The notes under the pieces are model-generated. The model did no database searches. It worked only from the letters and a program-made list of their open reading frames with translations, and was not told the origin of the DNA. Both the position numbers and the translations under genes were made by a program. Shown piece after piece: positions 38,051 to 50,422 of a stretch of 64,000 nt of DNA. Where the stretch lies: positions 1-64,000 of the forward strand of contig UYFQ01000767.1 of assembly GCA_900617105.1 (NCBI GenBank). Direction: 5' to 3'. Every line of letters begins with the position of its first letter. Within the stretch, counting starts at the first letter, position 1. Origin of the DNA: Hydrurus foetidus (lineage: Eukaryota).

Positions 38051-38366
38051 GGCTAGTATGCCACTTGACCTGTCAGCCCCTTAACATGTAAGTTAGAAGC
38101 TTTTCGATGATGAGTCATAGTGTAATTTATAACATGAACCGTTTGCCACAATATTAATCGCTCATCCATAACACAACAGATGCACGCGAACGTTATTGTT
38201 CAAGTCACGAGGCACTCAAAAGCACAACGCAAGGTAACATCACTTCCTTATCCAATCATATGTCGACGAGTTTTTACATCCAACTCACACTTAAATCTGC
38301 ACATAGCGACTGTTGTAAAATGCGACACACTCAACAACGTGTAATTTTATAAAAATCGATAACATA

Positions 38367-39572
38367 TTAGGAAAATATTGTTTTTGAGCCAAAAATATTA
38401 CGTAAACGACTATACTCAGCAATGACTAACTTACGATTCGAACCAACATGTGTAAAATGAACAGGACGTAATGCATGGACAAGATATAAGCTCGATAAGT
38501 CTCGGGCACGACTATGACACACGTAGTCTATGCCACGTGTAAAAGGGAAACGTTTACTAATGTCCGTAGCTAATGTAACGCAATTACCATGCACTGTAGA
38601 ACCTTGCATTTTGTGTGTAGTCGTAGCAGAAGCAGGACGTAATGGCAACTGCCACCTATGGAATTTATTTTTGTACTTTACGAATTCATCACACATTTCC
38701 CCGAAAGGTATAACATTAGACATCGTTGAGCTGATAGACATACCTATATTATCATCCATCTTAACTAAAACAATAGGTATTTCTTTTGCTTGACCATTCG
38801 AGTCTAAAATATCTAGACTAAGACCTTCGCCATAGTACTGGAAAGGTTTCGCCACAAAAAGAAGACGTCTTGTCGCATTTAATGCACGCTGATGAAAATC
38901 GACTTTACGTTGAACAGATAATGTTTCGATCCGTGTTTGTGGCTTCCTACCTCGTCGAGTTTCGATAATAGATTGGTAAAAAACTCTTCGTCTCTTCACA
39001 CAACCAGAGGAGTCAGTTGACGAAACGCCGACATCACGGCCAGCAACATCGTCTGAAACCACGAGACTGGCTAAATGACACCGCCCAAAAGTCGCATCGA
39101 TAATGCTATCGTAATGATTGTTACCACTATATAGTAGCAGACAATCATTAACATGATTGCGAGCAGGCAATGATGTAGCAAAAGTTGTCATCCATTCCAT
39201 TCTGCAACTGCTAGGATAAGGTCTAAATACGTAAATATCCACAGGAAACAAATGAACAAAGCACGCGAGCTCGATGACACCCCCCCATGACGTAGGTTTC
39301 GACATATACGTCACGTATCGTTCGACAGTTGAATGCTCGAGAGCAATACACTCCTCAACAGAATATAATGACCCAGGTCCGAGATATAGAATCGTTGGAC
39401 GATTAGACAATATAAACGAATTGATCGCCGCCCGCAACATAGGTGGAGAATAAGATGAGGTCACGGACATCCGATTCAAGAAGAAACATAACGAATGAAA
39501 CATGCAACTGGAATCACCAGGCTGCCGAACAACGTTGCCATCTAGGAGATCACCAACATTGCATGATTCCAT
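38367..39572 (-). CDS. OTU-like cysteine protease fused to PIF1-family helicase C-terminus (Helitron RepHel remnant)
   Basis: OTU motifs QPGDSSCMFHSL, WGGVIELACF, YSGNNHYDSI. PIF1 motifs RWQLPLRPASATTTHKMQGST and YVCHSRARDLSSLYL. Confidence 0.8.
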   Translation of the reverse strand: MESCNVGDLLDGNVVRQPGDSSCMFHSLCFFLNRMSVTSSYSPPMLRAAINSFILSNRPTILYLGPGSLYSVEECIALEHSTVERYVTYMSKPTSWGGVIELACFVHLFPVDIYVFRPYPSSCRMEWMTTFATSLPARNHVNDCLLLYSGNNHYDSIIDATFGRCHLASLVVSDDVAGRDVGVSSTDSSGCVKRRRVFYQSIIETRRGRKPQTRIETLSVQRKVDFHQRALNATRRLLFVAKPFQYYGEGLSLDILDSNGQAKEIPIVLVKMDDNIGMSISSTMSNVIPFGEMCDEFVKYKNKFHRWQLPLRPASATTTHKMQGSTVHGNCVTLATDISKRFPFTRGIDYVCHSRARDLSSLYLVHALRPVHFTHVGSNRKLVIAEYSRLRNIFGSKTIFS

Positions 39573-39897
39573 GACATCAGCTTTAATGAGGTCAATGTGT
39601 CATCGTGTTGTGTACTGTGACGGAGGTTCGCGCGAGTGTCGCGAACTGAACAGACACGTAACAAACATGAAAATTGAACCTGAAAACGAAAAAACCTGAA
39701 TTCGTCGTCAAAACACAGGAGAGCATGGTCTCCGTGACACGAAAAACGGGTGAAGTTATCTGTTTTCTATATAAAGGTGGAACCACCATACGGTTAATCC
39801 CCCAATTGTGGTTTCACTTTTGATTGGCAGCACTCCCCCCTCCCCCCCCCCAGCGAGTTGTGAAAAACACCGCGCGCCATCAGGGAACTCAACTCGG

Positions 39898-42800
39898 TGT
39901 TGTATATTGCATACGTAGAGCTGGCGTTAGTATGAGGTGTATGCACGTACGCGACACTTCCATGAACATTGTCTTGAGAGTAACACTTTGGATGTGTGTG
40001 ACCGAACGTATATATACATATCATGTTTGTGAACTGTAAACTTCGTGAACGTCATCAGTGATGATGCTACACAAGTTTTAATGACAAGTATCTGATCGAA
40101 TAAGTCATTTTACGAGCCTTGAGAAGATTTCCGTATACCGAGCCATTCGAGAAATCCCGATATCTCAACACATTAAAACTACGAGGAGCCATTGTGATGC
40201 CTCCAAAACGTGCAGTAGAATCAAAGGATGTGCCAGAATGCATTCTACGCATTGGCAAGTACAACAACGTTGTAGCATGGAACCTAGAGATGCGTTCCGT
40301 TGTTGGCACCCTGTACAGGTCCACTGCCAACTTTCTCACCGACAATGTGAGGTATGTCCCGCCCTATCCCAGGGAGGAGGACTATATGCCGATCAATCCA
40401 GACCTAGCTGACGGGCAGGCACCCCCCGTCATACCAGCAGCGCTCATAACGAAGCTGAGAGAGGACTGTTTTACCGGTAGGCGCAAGGACATAGCGCTAC
40501 AGCGTAAGGACGAACAGAAGATCTGGTCGATCATGTGGACGCGAATGTCACCCGCGTCGCAAAGCAAAGTCCAAGAAGAGCCGGGGTACGCGAACGCTCT
40601 ACTCGCACGAGACTGCGTAATGCTGTGGGAGTTCATCAGGCGCACCCATCTTACTCACATCTACGGAGATGGTGATCCGATGCTGGCTCTGAACATCCAA
40701 GACCAGGAACAACGATACAATGCTATTAAACAGGGGGACAAAGAGTATTCTCCAACTTCAAGCTCCGATTCGACGCACAGGTACAAGCGTGTTTAGGTGC
40801 GGGGGTGGCCAACGTCACTGAACCGAAGCGCGCACTGGACTTCATTTACAAATTGGACCCAAAGAGATTTGGAAAGATGTTGGCGTTCATGAGGAATAAC
40901 GCGCTGGTTATGGAAGGAGAAGCGTTCCCGCAGACCCTAGGGGCCGCATGCCGCATAGCATCCGGATGGGTAAACGAGGACACCGGTGGACCCCAGATCC
41001 CCGGATTTGAAACCCACGCTGCGTTCGTCGCTGAAACAGAATCAAACCTGGTAGCAAAGTCCAAGGACCATGAAAAGGGAAAACGAAGTACGACTAATGG
41101 AGATACAACTCCGAAGAAGAAATCATCAACGAACGTGGAATGCTTCGTGTGTGGCGAACTCGGCCACTACGCGCGAGACTGTCCGGCAAAGAAGAGTTCA
41201 GTGCGCGTCCTCGTCGCAGCAGCAGAGGTTGTGAACGGAAAACGGTACGGAGAATCCGACGACGAAGAAGAATATGGTGACGAAGTTGCCTACATCACGT
41301 CCAGCGAAACGGTGTTGTTCTCCCGAGACGATGTGCTACTTGATAGCCAGGCGTCGGTCAATGTATTCTGCAACGAGAAGCTTCTGCGCAAGGTGAGGAA
41401 ATCAGAGAAGCGAGTCGTGCTTAACGGAGTCCAGGCGAGAGCCGAAGGGGTAGTCATCAACCTAGAAGGAGAATTCGGCGATGTCAGAAAGGTATATTTC
41501 ATCAAAGACTCTACGGCGAATATCTTATCCTACGCGGTTATTGTCGACCAAGGCAACGATGTCAGTTATGATAAGATTAACGACCTATTCCTACTGAAAC
41601 CACTAGGAAGCTCTAAGGTATATTCGTTCAGCAGAAAGCAAGTGAGCGGCAGCGAAGGCCGGTTCTACTGCTGTAACGTCAAACCAACGACGAGCACTCA
41701 AGACACATCAAACACTGTAGAAGAGCTAGCGTTGATCGAAACGACTGCAGACAACATGCAGAAGTATTCCAAGAGAGAGGTCGAGGGAGCAGATCGCGCA
41801 CGACGACTACTCAGCAAAATGGGATTCCCGCCAATCAGCCAAGCGATAGACATCATCACACGAGGAAGGAATTTCGACGTGACGGCCAGAGATTTCTTAG
41901 TGGCGGATGCAATTTATGGGAAAGATATAGCATCATTGAAAGGAAAAACAACTAAGAAAGCAACGAAGGCGGCTGACATTACAGTAGGCGCGGCAATCAT
42001 ACAACAAGAGCAAGTGCTGTCAGTGGACATAATGTTCGTCGACGGGGTCGCGTCGCTAATCGGGCTGGCAACCCCGCTAGACTTAACCATGGCCGTCTCA
42101 CTCCTATCATTCGATACGCTCCAGAGCTCAAGATCAGCAGTTGCGGTGAAGAAAGGACTTGAAGGATTCATATCTACATTATCATCGAGGAATTTCGTTA
42201 CACGTCTGATTATGAGTGATGGTGAAGGAGCCGTAGGAGCTATCAAGGATGACCTGAATCTTCTCGGCATAGAAGTCGACATAAGCGGGGCAGGCGGCCA
42301 CGTCGCGAGAATTGAACGTAGAATCAGAACTGTGAAGGAGCGTGTGAGAGCATATATGTCTCATGAGCTGCCGTTCTCCCTCACTGCGGTTGGAATAGCT
42401 ATTTTGGTTTTATTCTGTGCCTCGAGGATCAACTATCAGACTTCCGAATCGAGGCGAGGCGACGAATGTCCACGAGTAGCTTTCAGCGGTAGACAAGTAG
42501 ATGCGCTGCTCGATTATAGAATCGGATTCGGGCAGTATGCGCAATGCACTGTGGCGAACACAGACCGATCGATGTCTGCTAGAACAGAGGACTGTATAGC
42601 TATGCTACCAACTGGAAACAGAACAGGTTCTGTAAAAATGATGTCAATCGCTACGGGCAAACTAGTCACACGGGACCAATTCATCATCCTTCCGATGCCC
42701 ACGTCGGTGATCAACAGATTAAACGAGATGGCTGCATCAGAAGGCAGGAAGATCGTCATCAGGAGCGACATGGTGTATGATACAGAAAGCGGATTACGGA

Positions 42801-45235
42801 AAGCGGACGATCCCACCTACATACAGCCAACAGTAAGATTTACGGTAGACCAGGAGATTACGGCCAACGGGGTAGATATGGGAGAGGTCTTCATACCGCC
42901 TCAATACTCTTCACCAAATCATCAGAATCTTGCGGACGATGGTGGACTTGGAGTGGCACACGCCGTAGACAATGCCAACGAGAGCTATTTCGATATCCCG
43001 GATTTGGATGTTGGTCCGTTGGTAGAATTCGAGCAGTATGCAGAACCCAACGCCAATCCAGACGCCTCTATACCGGTGTCACCACGAAGGACTGCTGTCA
43101 CCCCTACTTACTCGCGATACAATACAACTGCAGAGCCGATCCAGTCTGTGAGACGGGATCTAATGGACTATTATAACAACAGCGATGTGCAGACTAGTGC
43201 CCTTATTGCGCACGAACCGGTTGAGCATCTAATAGAGCATGCTATGAATATTACGGTGAAGGAAGCACTGAGAAGTAGGGGTGCCGAAGCCGAAAGGGTA
43301 ATCCTGAAGGAGCTATCTCAGATGGTAGATAAGAAGGTGTGGACACCCGTACAACTGAAGAAACTTACGAGCACAGAAAAAAGGGGAATCATTCGCTCGC
43401 AGATGTTTTTAAAGGAAAAATACCTTCCAACCGGAGTGTTCGAGAAGCTTAAACTAGTAGCGGGAGGAAATCAGCAGGATAAGGATCTATATGACGATCT
43501 CTCTTCCCCAACTGTCTCGACATGTGCGGTGATGACTACCTTTGCTATAGCGGCGCATGAAATGAGACATGTCTCTGTAGTGGACATGACGGGTGCATAT
43601 CTGAATGCGGATATGAACACAGGAATCATCGTATACATGCGTCTCGATCAAACTATGTCGTCAATGGTATGCAAAATCAACAAGACGTACGGAGAGTACC
43701 TGGACGACAAGGGGTGTATAGTCGTACGCCTCGACAAAGCCCTGTACGGGTGCGTTGAATCCGCGGCTCTATGGTCGAAAATCTGTCCGATGCGTTGAGT
43801 GCAGCTGGATATGTGAAGAACAGATATGAGATGTGTGTGTATAACAAGACGAATATAAAGGGTATCCAGTGTACGGTGGCGGTACATGTGGATGACCTCA
43901 TCGATCCAGTGTCGATAAGGGCATGATCGAATCCCTATGCGAACACCTCCGCATAAGATATGGAATGATCACTCCAGTAGATGGTCCAGTAGTCAACTAC
44001 CTAGGCATGGTATTCGACCTCACGGTCGCTGGAGAAGCAAGATTGACTATGAAGGGGTACGTCGAAGATACAATCACGTACGCGGGAGTTACGGGTACGG
44101 CTAAAAGCCCAGCAACAGATGGACTGTTTGAGATCAGGGATGGTGCTGTGATGGCAAATGAAAAGATGAGAGCGTGGTTTCACAGCGTAGTCGCTAAACT
44201 AAGTTACCTTGCTAAGCGGGCAAAACCGGAGTGTCTTACTGCGATAGCGTTCTTAGCCACCAGGGTCACGAAGTGTACTGAAGATGATCTGGAGAAACTA
44301 AGACGAGTACTGAGATAAATTGCTGGAACGCGAGACAATGGAGTCATGTTCAGACCAGGGGTGTTAGGGATATGTGTGAGAGTATATGTGGATGCAGCAT
44401 ACGGGGTGCATGCTGACGGTAAGTCACACACCGGAAGTTGTGTCGCCATAGGAGATGTCGGGTCTGTCCATTGCAAGTCGAGTAAGCAGAGTATTGTGAC
44501 GAAGTCTAGCACAGAAGCGGAGCTAGTAGCTCTATCAGACTCAGCTAACCAAGGTCTGTACTTGCGTAACTTCTTGAAGGATCAAGGATACAAGATGGGA
44601 CCTATCGTGATATACCAAGACAACACATCCTGTATGGCTCTGGTAGACAGAGGAAGATTGGGAGCAGAAAGGACAAGGCACATAGGAATCAAGTACTTTT
44701 GGTTGAGCGAGAGGGTTACGAGAGGTGAAGCTGAGGTGCGACACAAAGGAACAAAGGAGATGTACGCTAACCTGCTTACTAAGCCTCTACAGGGAGCACA
44801 GTTTCATCACGAGAAGAAATTACCAACAGGTTGGCTGTAATGCTAACGAAGGCGCCTGAAGAATAGGATGATATGCGAGTGATACAACATACGATATCAT
44901 AAGACGAGTGAAGTATAATCTATGCATACTATTTGAAATACTAGCCAGCACTAGGGGTGTGTTGTATATTGCATACGTAGAGCTGGCGTTAGTATGAGGT
45001 GTATGCACGAACGCGACACTTCCATGAACATTGTCTTGAGAGTAACACTTTGGATGTGTGTGACCGAACGTATATATACATATCATGTTTGTGAACTGTA
45101 AACTTCGTGAACGTCATCAGTGATGATGCTACACAAGTTTTAATGACAGGTATCTGATCGAATAAGTCATTTTACGAGCCCTGAGAAGATTTCCGTATAC
45201 CGAGCCATTCGAGAAATCCCGATATTATCTCAACA
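39898..45235 (+). mobile_element. Full-length Ty1/Copia LTR retrotransposon with 5-bp TSD CTCGG
   Basis: LTRs 39898-40170 and 44960-45235 (TGTTG...CAACA; 3 substitutions and one 3-bp indel). TSD at 39893-39897 and 45236-45240. Domain order gag-PR-IN-RT-RH. Confidence 0.96.
40197..44840 (+). pseudogene. Copia gag-pol polyprotein with frameshifts and an in-frame stop
   Basis: CFVCGELGHYARDC knuckle, LLDSQAS protease, integrase VDIMF/SDGEG/ERRIRTVKE, RT DMTGAYL/KALYG/HVDD, RNase H YVDAAY/SSTEAE/QDN/LLTKPL. Confidence 0.92.
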
Positions 45236-45836
45236 CTCGGCACCAAAAATTTGCCGACAGGGGGGTCTAATTTCGTTTTTTTTCTAGAATCTGACCCAGG
45301 GACCAAGATTTTTTGCAAATAGACCCCCCTGGTCTGTAAAGGTTTGGTGCCGAGTTGACTTCCCTGATGGCGCGCAGTGTTTTTCACAACTCTCTGGGGG
45401 GGATCTGCTGCCAATTAAAAGTGAAACCACAATAATATGATAACTACAGTGCTGTGCGAGAGTGACGAGAGACGAGAGGGTGGGGTACGTATTTAAACAT
45501 TTTTCATTTTTTCGTATCGTATACTCGAGAAGGATTGCACCCCGTTTCGTAAATTTCAGTTCGTAAATCTCGTTTCGTAGATTTCGTTTCGTAAATTTCA
45601 GATCGTAAATCTCCATTCGGAATTCCAGCTTCGTAACTCCCACCCCGTAAAAACCGTTACGGAAATCTCGCCTCGGAACTATCATTTTGTAACTTTCACA
45701 ACTGTTATGAAAATTAGATGTTTTTAGTGTTACCGCAGAACGTCGTTAACATACATTTCGAAATCGATTAAGTATATATAAACCTTAGCACATACAAGTT
45801 TGGAATTAGTTTCCATTCATATAGCTCTTGTCTAAC

Positions 45837-47661
45837 ATGAACGATATTCTTCCTGCTGAGTTAGATATTCTTCCTGCTGAGTTAGATATTCTTCCTGCTG
45901 AGTTAGACTTTTCTACAAAATCAACAAAAAACCAGCCACTTCTAATGTTTCGAAACAAGTTATTTGTTTGTAAGAAAAGAACTCGAAATGCTGAAGGTCA
46001 AATCATCAAGTGTTACTGGTATTGTTCTCCAGAGGCATGTACCGGAGCTCTTAATTATAGTATTGACGTCAACAATGCTTTGGCAAATGAGCTTGGGACA
46101 GGAGGAGGTATAAACGAAATTGTTTTGACGAAACGTCACACAATTGATTTGTGCAAAGTTACTCGAAATGACATTGTGAGACGTGTTGCACGTACAAATG
46201 TCATCAGTCAGGCAAAGCTCGGTAAGATTCGATGAAGGCAGTATTTTTGTTTAACTAAGATATGGAAGTTTATGTCATTGATGTAAAATAAAATCACTCC
46301 ATCAGGAAATTCGTTGAACGTGGCCTACAATGGAGTCGTGAATCCTTTATTTCAAGCAAATCCAGAGGCTGTTGAATTGATGCAGACAGCAAGTAGCCTA
46401 AAATCAGCGTATTCAAGAGCTCAAGTTGCAAATCTACCAGCTATTCCAGTGAATGCAATCGACATTGCGATTCCTCCTGAGTACGCCAATATACAAATAG
46501 AGAATGCAGCAGATTTTGTCCCGTTTTTGATGTTCAACTATTCTTACGCCAGCGTGGTTGGTGGTCAGAGGGATTCGACTATTCTGGCATTTGGGACTGA
46601 TGCAATGTTTACTGAGCTTTGCAATGCGAGGACGGTATATATGGACGGGACGTTCAAGATATGTCCAGCCCAATTCTACCAAGTGTTTTCCATCCATTTT
46701 TCCCTTACGACAGTAGAAGGCAAATGCCAGCTATCTACTGCCTCTTGACTGGTAAAACGGAGGAAATTTACACTAGATTCTTCCAATTCATCATTGATAA
46801 GGCTTTGGCGATGGGCTTGATCATACGCTGGGAAAAATCGATGGCAGATTTTGAAAGCGGTTTATGGCCTGCATTACATGCAGCTTTTCCTTTACTTCTC
46901 AGAAAGGGCTGCCTATTCCATTTTATGAATGCGGTCTTTAAGTGGATTAAACAGCGTCTTCTGGTACGTTGAAGAGCAAACAATTTTCATGAACAAAATT
47001 CGTGCTTGAAATCCGGTGTACTCACAAGTAACTCACACAAATTGCAGGTGGCATATAACGATGAAACGACAGGATTGCGTGCGGTAGTGAGAAAGTATTT
47101 CGCCCTAGCTTTTCTTCGACCTGATCGCACTGAGGACCAAGTTGAGAACGGCGTAGAGAGATCAGATTTGGCGACAGTTTTCGATGGTTTGGTGGCTTCC
47201 CTCTACGCATTACAGAGTGAAACTCTTCCGATTGCAACATTGACTCAATTTGTGACATATTTCACGCAAACTTGGATGTCTAATCTTGTAAGGTGGAACG
47301 TATTTCACCTTGATGACCACAGAACCAATAACGATCTTGAAGGTACCTTCATTCATTCTCAAAACAAGCACTTTTATGATAAGCACTAATAAACATAACA
47401 ACTTGATCAGGCTGGCACAACAAGATGGCACTGGCTTTCAAGGCTAAAACAAACTTGTGGTCATTCATTCGAGGAATAAAGGAAGAACATATCTCAAAAG
47501 AGGTGGAGATGAGACAAATTCTCCAAGGGAATATCATCAAACCACGCCGACTCCAACAAAAGGCTAAAGAAGAACTGCTCGCGAGAATGAAAAATCTATA
47601 CATTCTGGGTGATTTAACTCCAGAGATATACAATCAAAACCTTTCAAATCGCATGCTGTAA
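45837..47661 (+). CDS. MULE transposase (FLYWCH-like N-terminus), 4 exons, frameshift near 46700
   Basis: CYWYC...C...H, YMDGTFKICP, MADFESGL, GCLFHF, RTNNDLEG|WHNKM. GT-AG introns at ~46222-46305, ~46964-47048 and ~47343-47410. Confidence 0.88.
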
Positions 47662-48029
47662 TAGTTTGACCACATAATATATATTCGCCTACCCATTTGT
47701 CACTCTTTTCTGGTGTACTCTTTCCCTTCGTTTCCATTCGATCAGTTCTATCCATTTGACCTACAATAATCGCATACAACTCAACCTTTCGCATCACGTC
47801 AATTTCAATTACTGGGAAATTTCTCTCGTATAATTCTTCTTTGACCATAAGAATGTTCTGATGTACTGCATCACTTGATAGTCTAGTGATAGCTCGACTT
47901 GCAAATTAAACGTGTCGATTACATACATAGCGTTACAACCATAAATAAGAAATCGAATTCTGTATCAAATCAATTTCGTTAAGCCCATTTCCTATCATTC
48001 TGGTTCTTTGCATTCGTTTAGGTCTGTCT

Positions 48030-48355
48030 CGAAGAAAATAGTGCTGCATTGGTAGCAATATGCCAGTAGTGACTACATAAAAACCGCACGTGGAATATGG
48101 TTTTTTTCTCTTGCGAACAGTAAAGTATGTGTATTCGTGTGATTCTAGTAAAAATCAGTTGAAAAGCTAGGGTACAAATTGTCGTAGCTGACTGTCTGTA
48201 TCGGAGAAAATAGTGCTGCATTGGTAGCAATATGCCAGTAGTGACTACATAAAAACCGCACGTGGAATATGGTTTTTTTCTCTTGCGAACAGTAAAGTAT
48301 GTGTATTCGTGTGATGCTAGTAAAAATCAGTTGAAAAGCTAGGGTACAAATTGGT
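48030..48355. repeat. ~171-bp tandem duplication inside the MULE
   Basis: aaaatagtgctgcattggtagc...agggtacaaatt occurs twice. Confidence 0.9.
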
Positions 48356-48802
48356 GTAGGTAAATCACACGCTGTAGGCGCGGTTACGAAGTGAAAATTA
48401 CGAAATGAAAGTTACAAAATGATAGTTCCGAGGCGAGATTTCCGTAACGGTTTTTACGGGGTGGGAGTTACGAAGCGGGAATTCCGAATGGAGATTTACG
48501 ATCTGAAATTTACGAAACGAGATCTACGAAACGAGATTTACGAACTGAAATTTACGGAGTGGGAACCAACCTCGAGAAGTATGCTCTATGCTCTGCCGAT
48601 TCATTCTTTACAGCACTCAGTATTACACTATTACACATTCAGATGAAATCGTTTCATGTTTGAAGGTTGAAGGTCGAAAACAATTCGTCTAAACATTCGT
48701 CTTCAGCAGCGCAGGGCCACAGCGATCTCAGCAACATCATTCCACATTTGCAACCAAATCAGACTATCGACATACACGTTCTTTACTGTACAAGCTGGTG
48801 CG

Positions 48803-50422
48803 ATGGGGATATCAATTTCGCAGGCACAGCTCGCATCTGCTACTTCTGATGCACTTGACCTAGTTGCACTGGCGAAAAGTTTCCCAAGATTGCAGAACCT
48901 GTCAGGTGCGCTTTCATAGCACTGATCCTAACATCACATATGTGCCTAACTGTGGTGATTACTTTTGCAGCAAGCGAACTGTCCTATAGCGAGACCTCGT
49001 GGGGGACTGTGTTACCTCGATACACTAACGTATCACAACCACCTCCATGGTGTTCATTCAAGGGCGTGACATGCGGTTCAAACTCTACAGACGCAAAAAA
49101 ATATCGGCGCATAATAGGAATCAACTTGACATCATTAGATCTCAAAGGATCTATACCAGCGCTGGACAATCTGGACCAGATGACTTTGTTCAATCTCGAC
49201 AACAACAGTATATATGGCACTATTCCGCCGGGGCTCTTTCTTTGCCCCTACCGATATACTGTTTGCCTTAACTCCATTAGCCGATTAGATCTCTCTAACA
49301 ACCAACTTACTGGGACCATTCCAAGAACTCTCGACTATCGTACTGGACTCGTAGTCTTAAATCTTGGTTCCAATCAACTAGCCGGTACAATTCCGAGCAC
49401 TATCGGCATTCTTACCAACCTAAAAGAGCTCCACCTCGATCACAATCGGTTAACTGGCACAATTCCGAGTTTCCTCCGCGATAAATATCGTCCAATTGGC
49501 ACAGCCCCGAGCACTCTCATCGATCTTATTCTTCTGGATCCAGTAAGTCTCTCCAACAACACGCTCAATCGGACCATTGGCAGTCCTCTCACCAATTCTA
49601 CCGGACTTCAAATCTTAAATCTTGGCAGCAATAGGCTAACAGGAACTATTCCGAGCTCTCTTGGGAAACTGTTCGAGCTTGCGTCATTATTCCTTGATAA
49701 TAATATACTCAGTGGAACAATTCCTCCACTTGTCCAGTCCAAACTGGGGAAAGTTCTGTTGAACGACAACTTCTTGACGATGGGATCGCTCACTAGTGTT
49801 CCACGAAGCACTTTCTCAAACAACGCTTCTATAATTCAAGTACAGAACAATTGCCTCGTATTCAACAATCCTGCCAACTCGTCTCAAAATACGGATGCAT
49901 TCCTGTGCCGAGGTAACTAACGTGTGGATGTAATAGCTTATCTTCGTGACCGACAAGATGCCATACTGCACTGTACTAACACCAACCTTACATGCATGAA
50001 ATTAAACAGCAATCGCAAGACTACCTACACCAAGAACGTCACCAGATCAAGCTTGGGCAATGATTGCACAACCACCATCTGGGGCACCCGCACCAGAAAC
50101 GGCATCAGAACAAGCTTGGGCAATGATTGAACTACCACCACCTGGGGCACCCGCACCAGAAACGGCATCAGATCAAGCTTGGGCAATGATTGCACTACCA
50201 CCACCTGGGGCACCCAGACCAGAAACGGCATCAGAACAAGCTTGGGCAATGACTTTTGCGCCAGTGGCTTCTCCAAGGTTTACCATCAAGACCAAGTACC
50301 GACCAGATAAACATAAATCAAAGCGGCGAAAGCATCGTCAAATCGTCCGAAAGAGCATTGCCTCTAATCGCCAACGAATATCAAAACTCGAGCAGTATTT
50401 ACTACACCACAGCACCGATTAA
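48803..50422 (+). CDS. LRR protein, paralogue of the 20943-25678 gene; 3 exons (48803-48905, 48971-49912, 50010-50422)
   Basis: Phase-consistent GT-AG introns, WCSFKGVTC cap, LRRs, NNCL C-cap and a 21-aa repeat tail. No TM helix seen. The start codon is uncertain. Confidence 0.8.
50045..50252 (+). repeat. 63-bp coding tandem repeat (~3.4 copies; QAWAMIALPPPGAPAPETASE)
   Basis: caagcttgggcaatga recurs four times at 63-bp spacing. Confidence 0.92.

Larger units (their letters stand above)
27591..39804 (-). mobile_element. Helentron/Helitron2-like element (deletion derivative) hosting the Ngaro-like insertion
   Basis: OTU + PIF1-helicase C-terminal ORF. Subterminal inverted repeats tgggggattaa (27617-27626) / ttaatccccca (39794-39804) and ccgtatgg / ccatacgg. 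Terminal stem-loop ggcagctcg-t-cgagctacc at 27594-27612. Internal tandem arrays. Confidence 0.65.
39805..45433. mobile_element. Foldback MITE (~290 bp without insert) interrupted by the Copia element
   Basis: attgtggtttcacttttgattggcagca...gggaactcaactcgg|caccaaa is the inverted copy of 45342-45433 (tttggtgccgagttgacttccc...gtgaaaccacaat). Confidence 0.75.
45533..48570 (+). mobile_element. Mutator-like (MULE) DNA transposon with ~165-bp TIRs and 9-bp TSD CTCGAGAAG
   Basis: TIRs ~45533-45698 and ~48405-48570. TSD at 45524-45532 and 48571-48579. Confidence 0.92.

Noticed and set aside
48940..48970. ORF-track start MCLTVVITFA (and [10 protein letters not shown] at 25550) as a signal peptide
   Set aside because: It lies within a conserved GT-AG intron in both paralogues.
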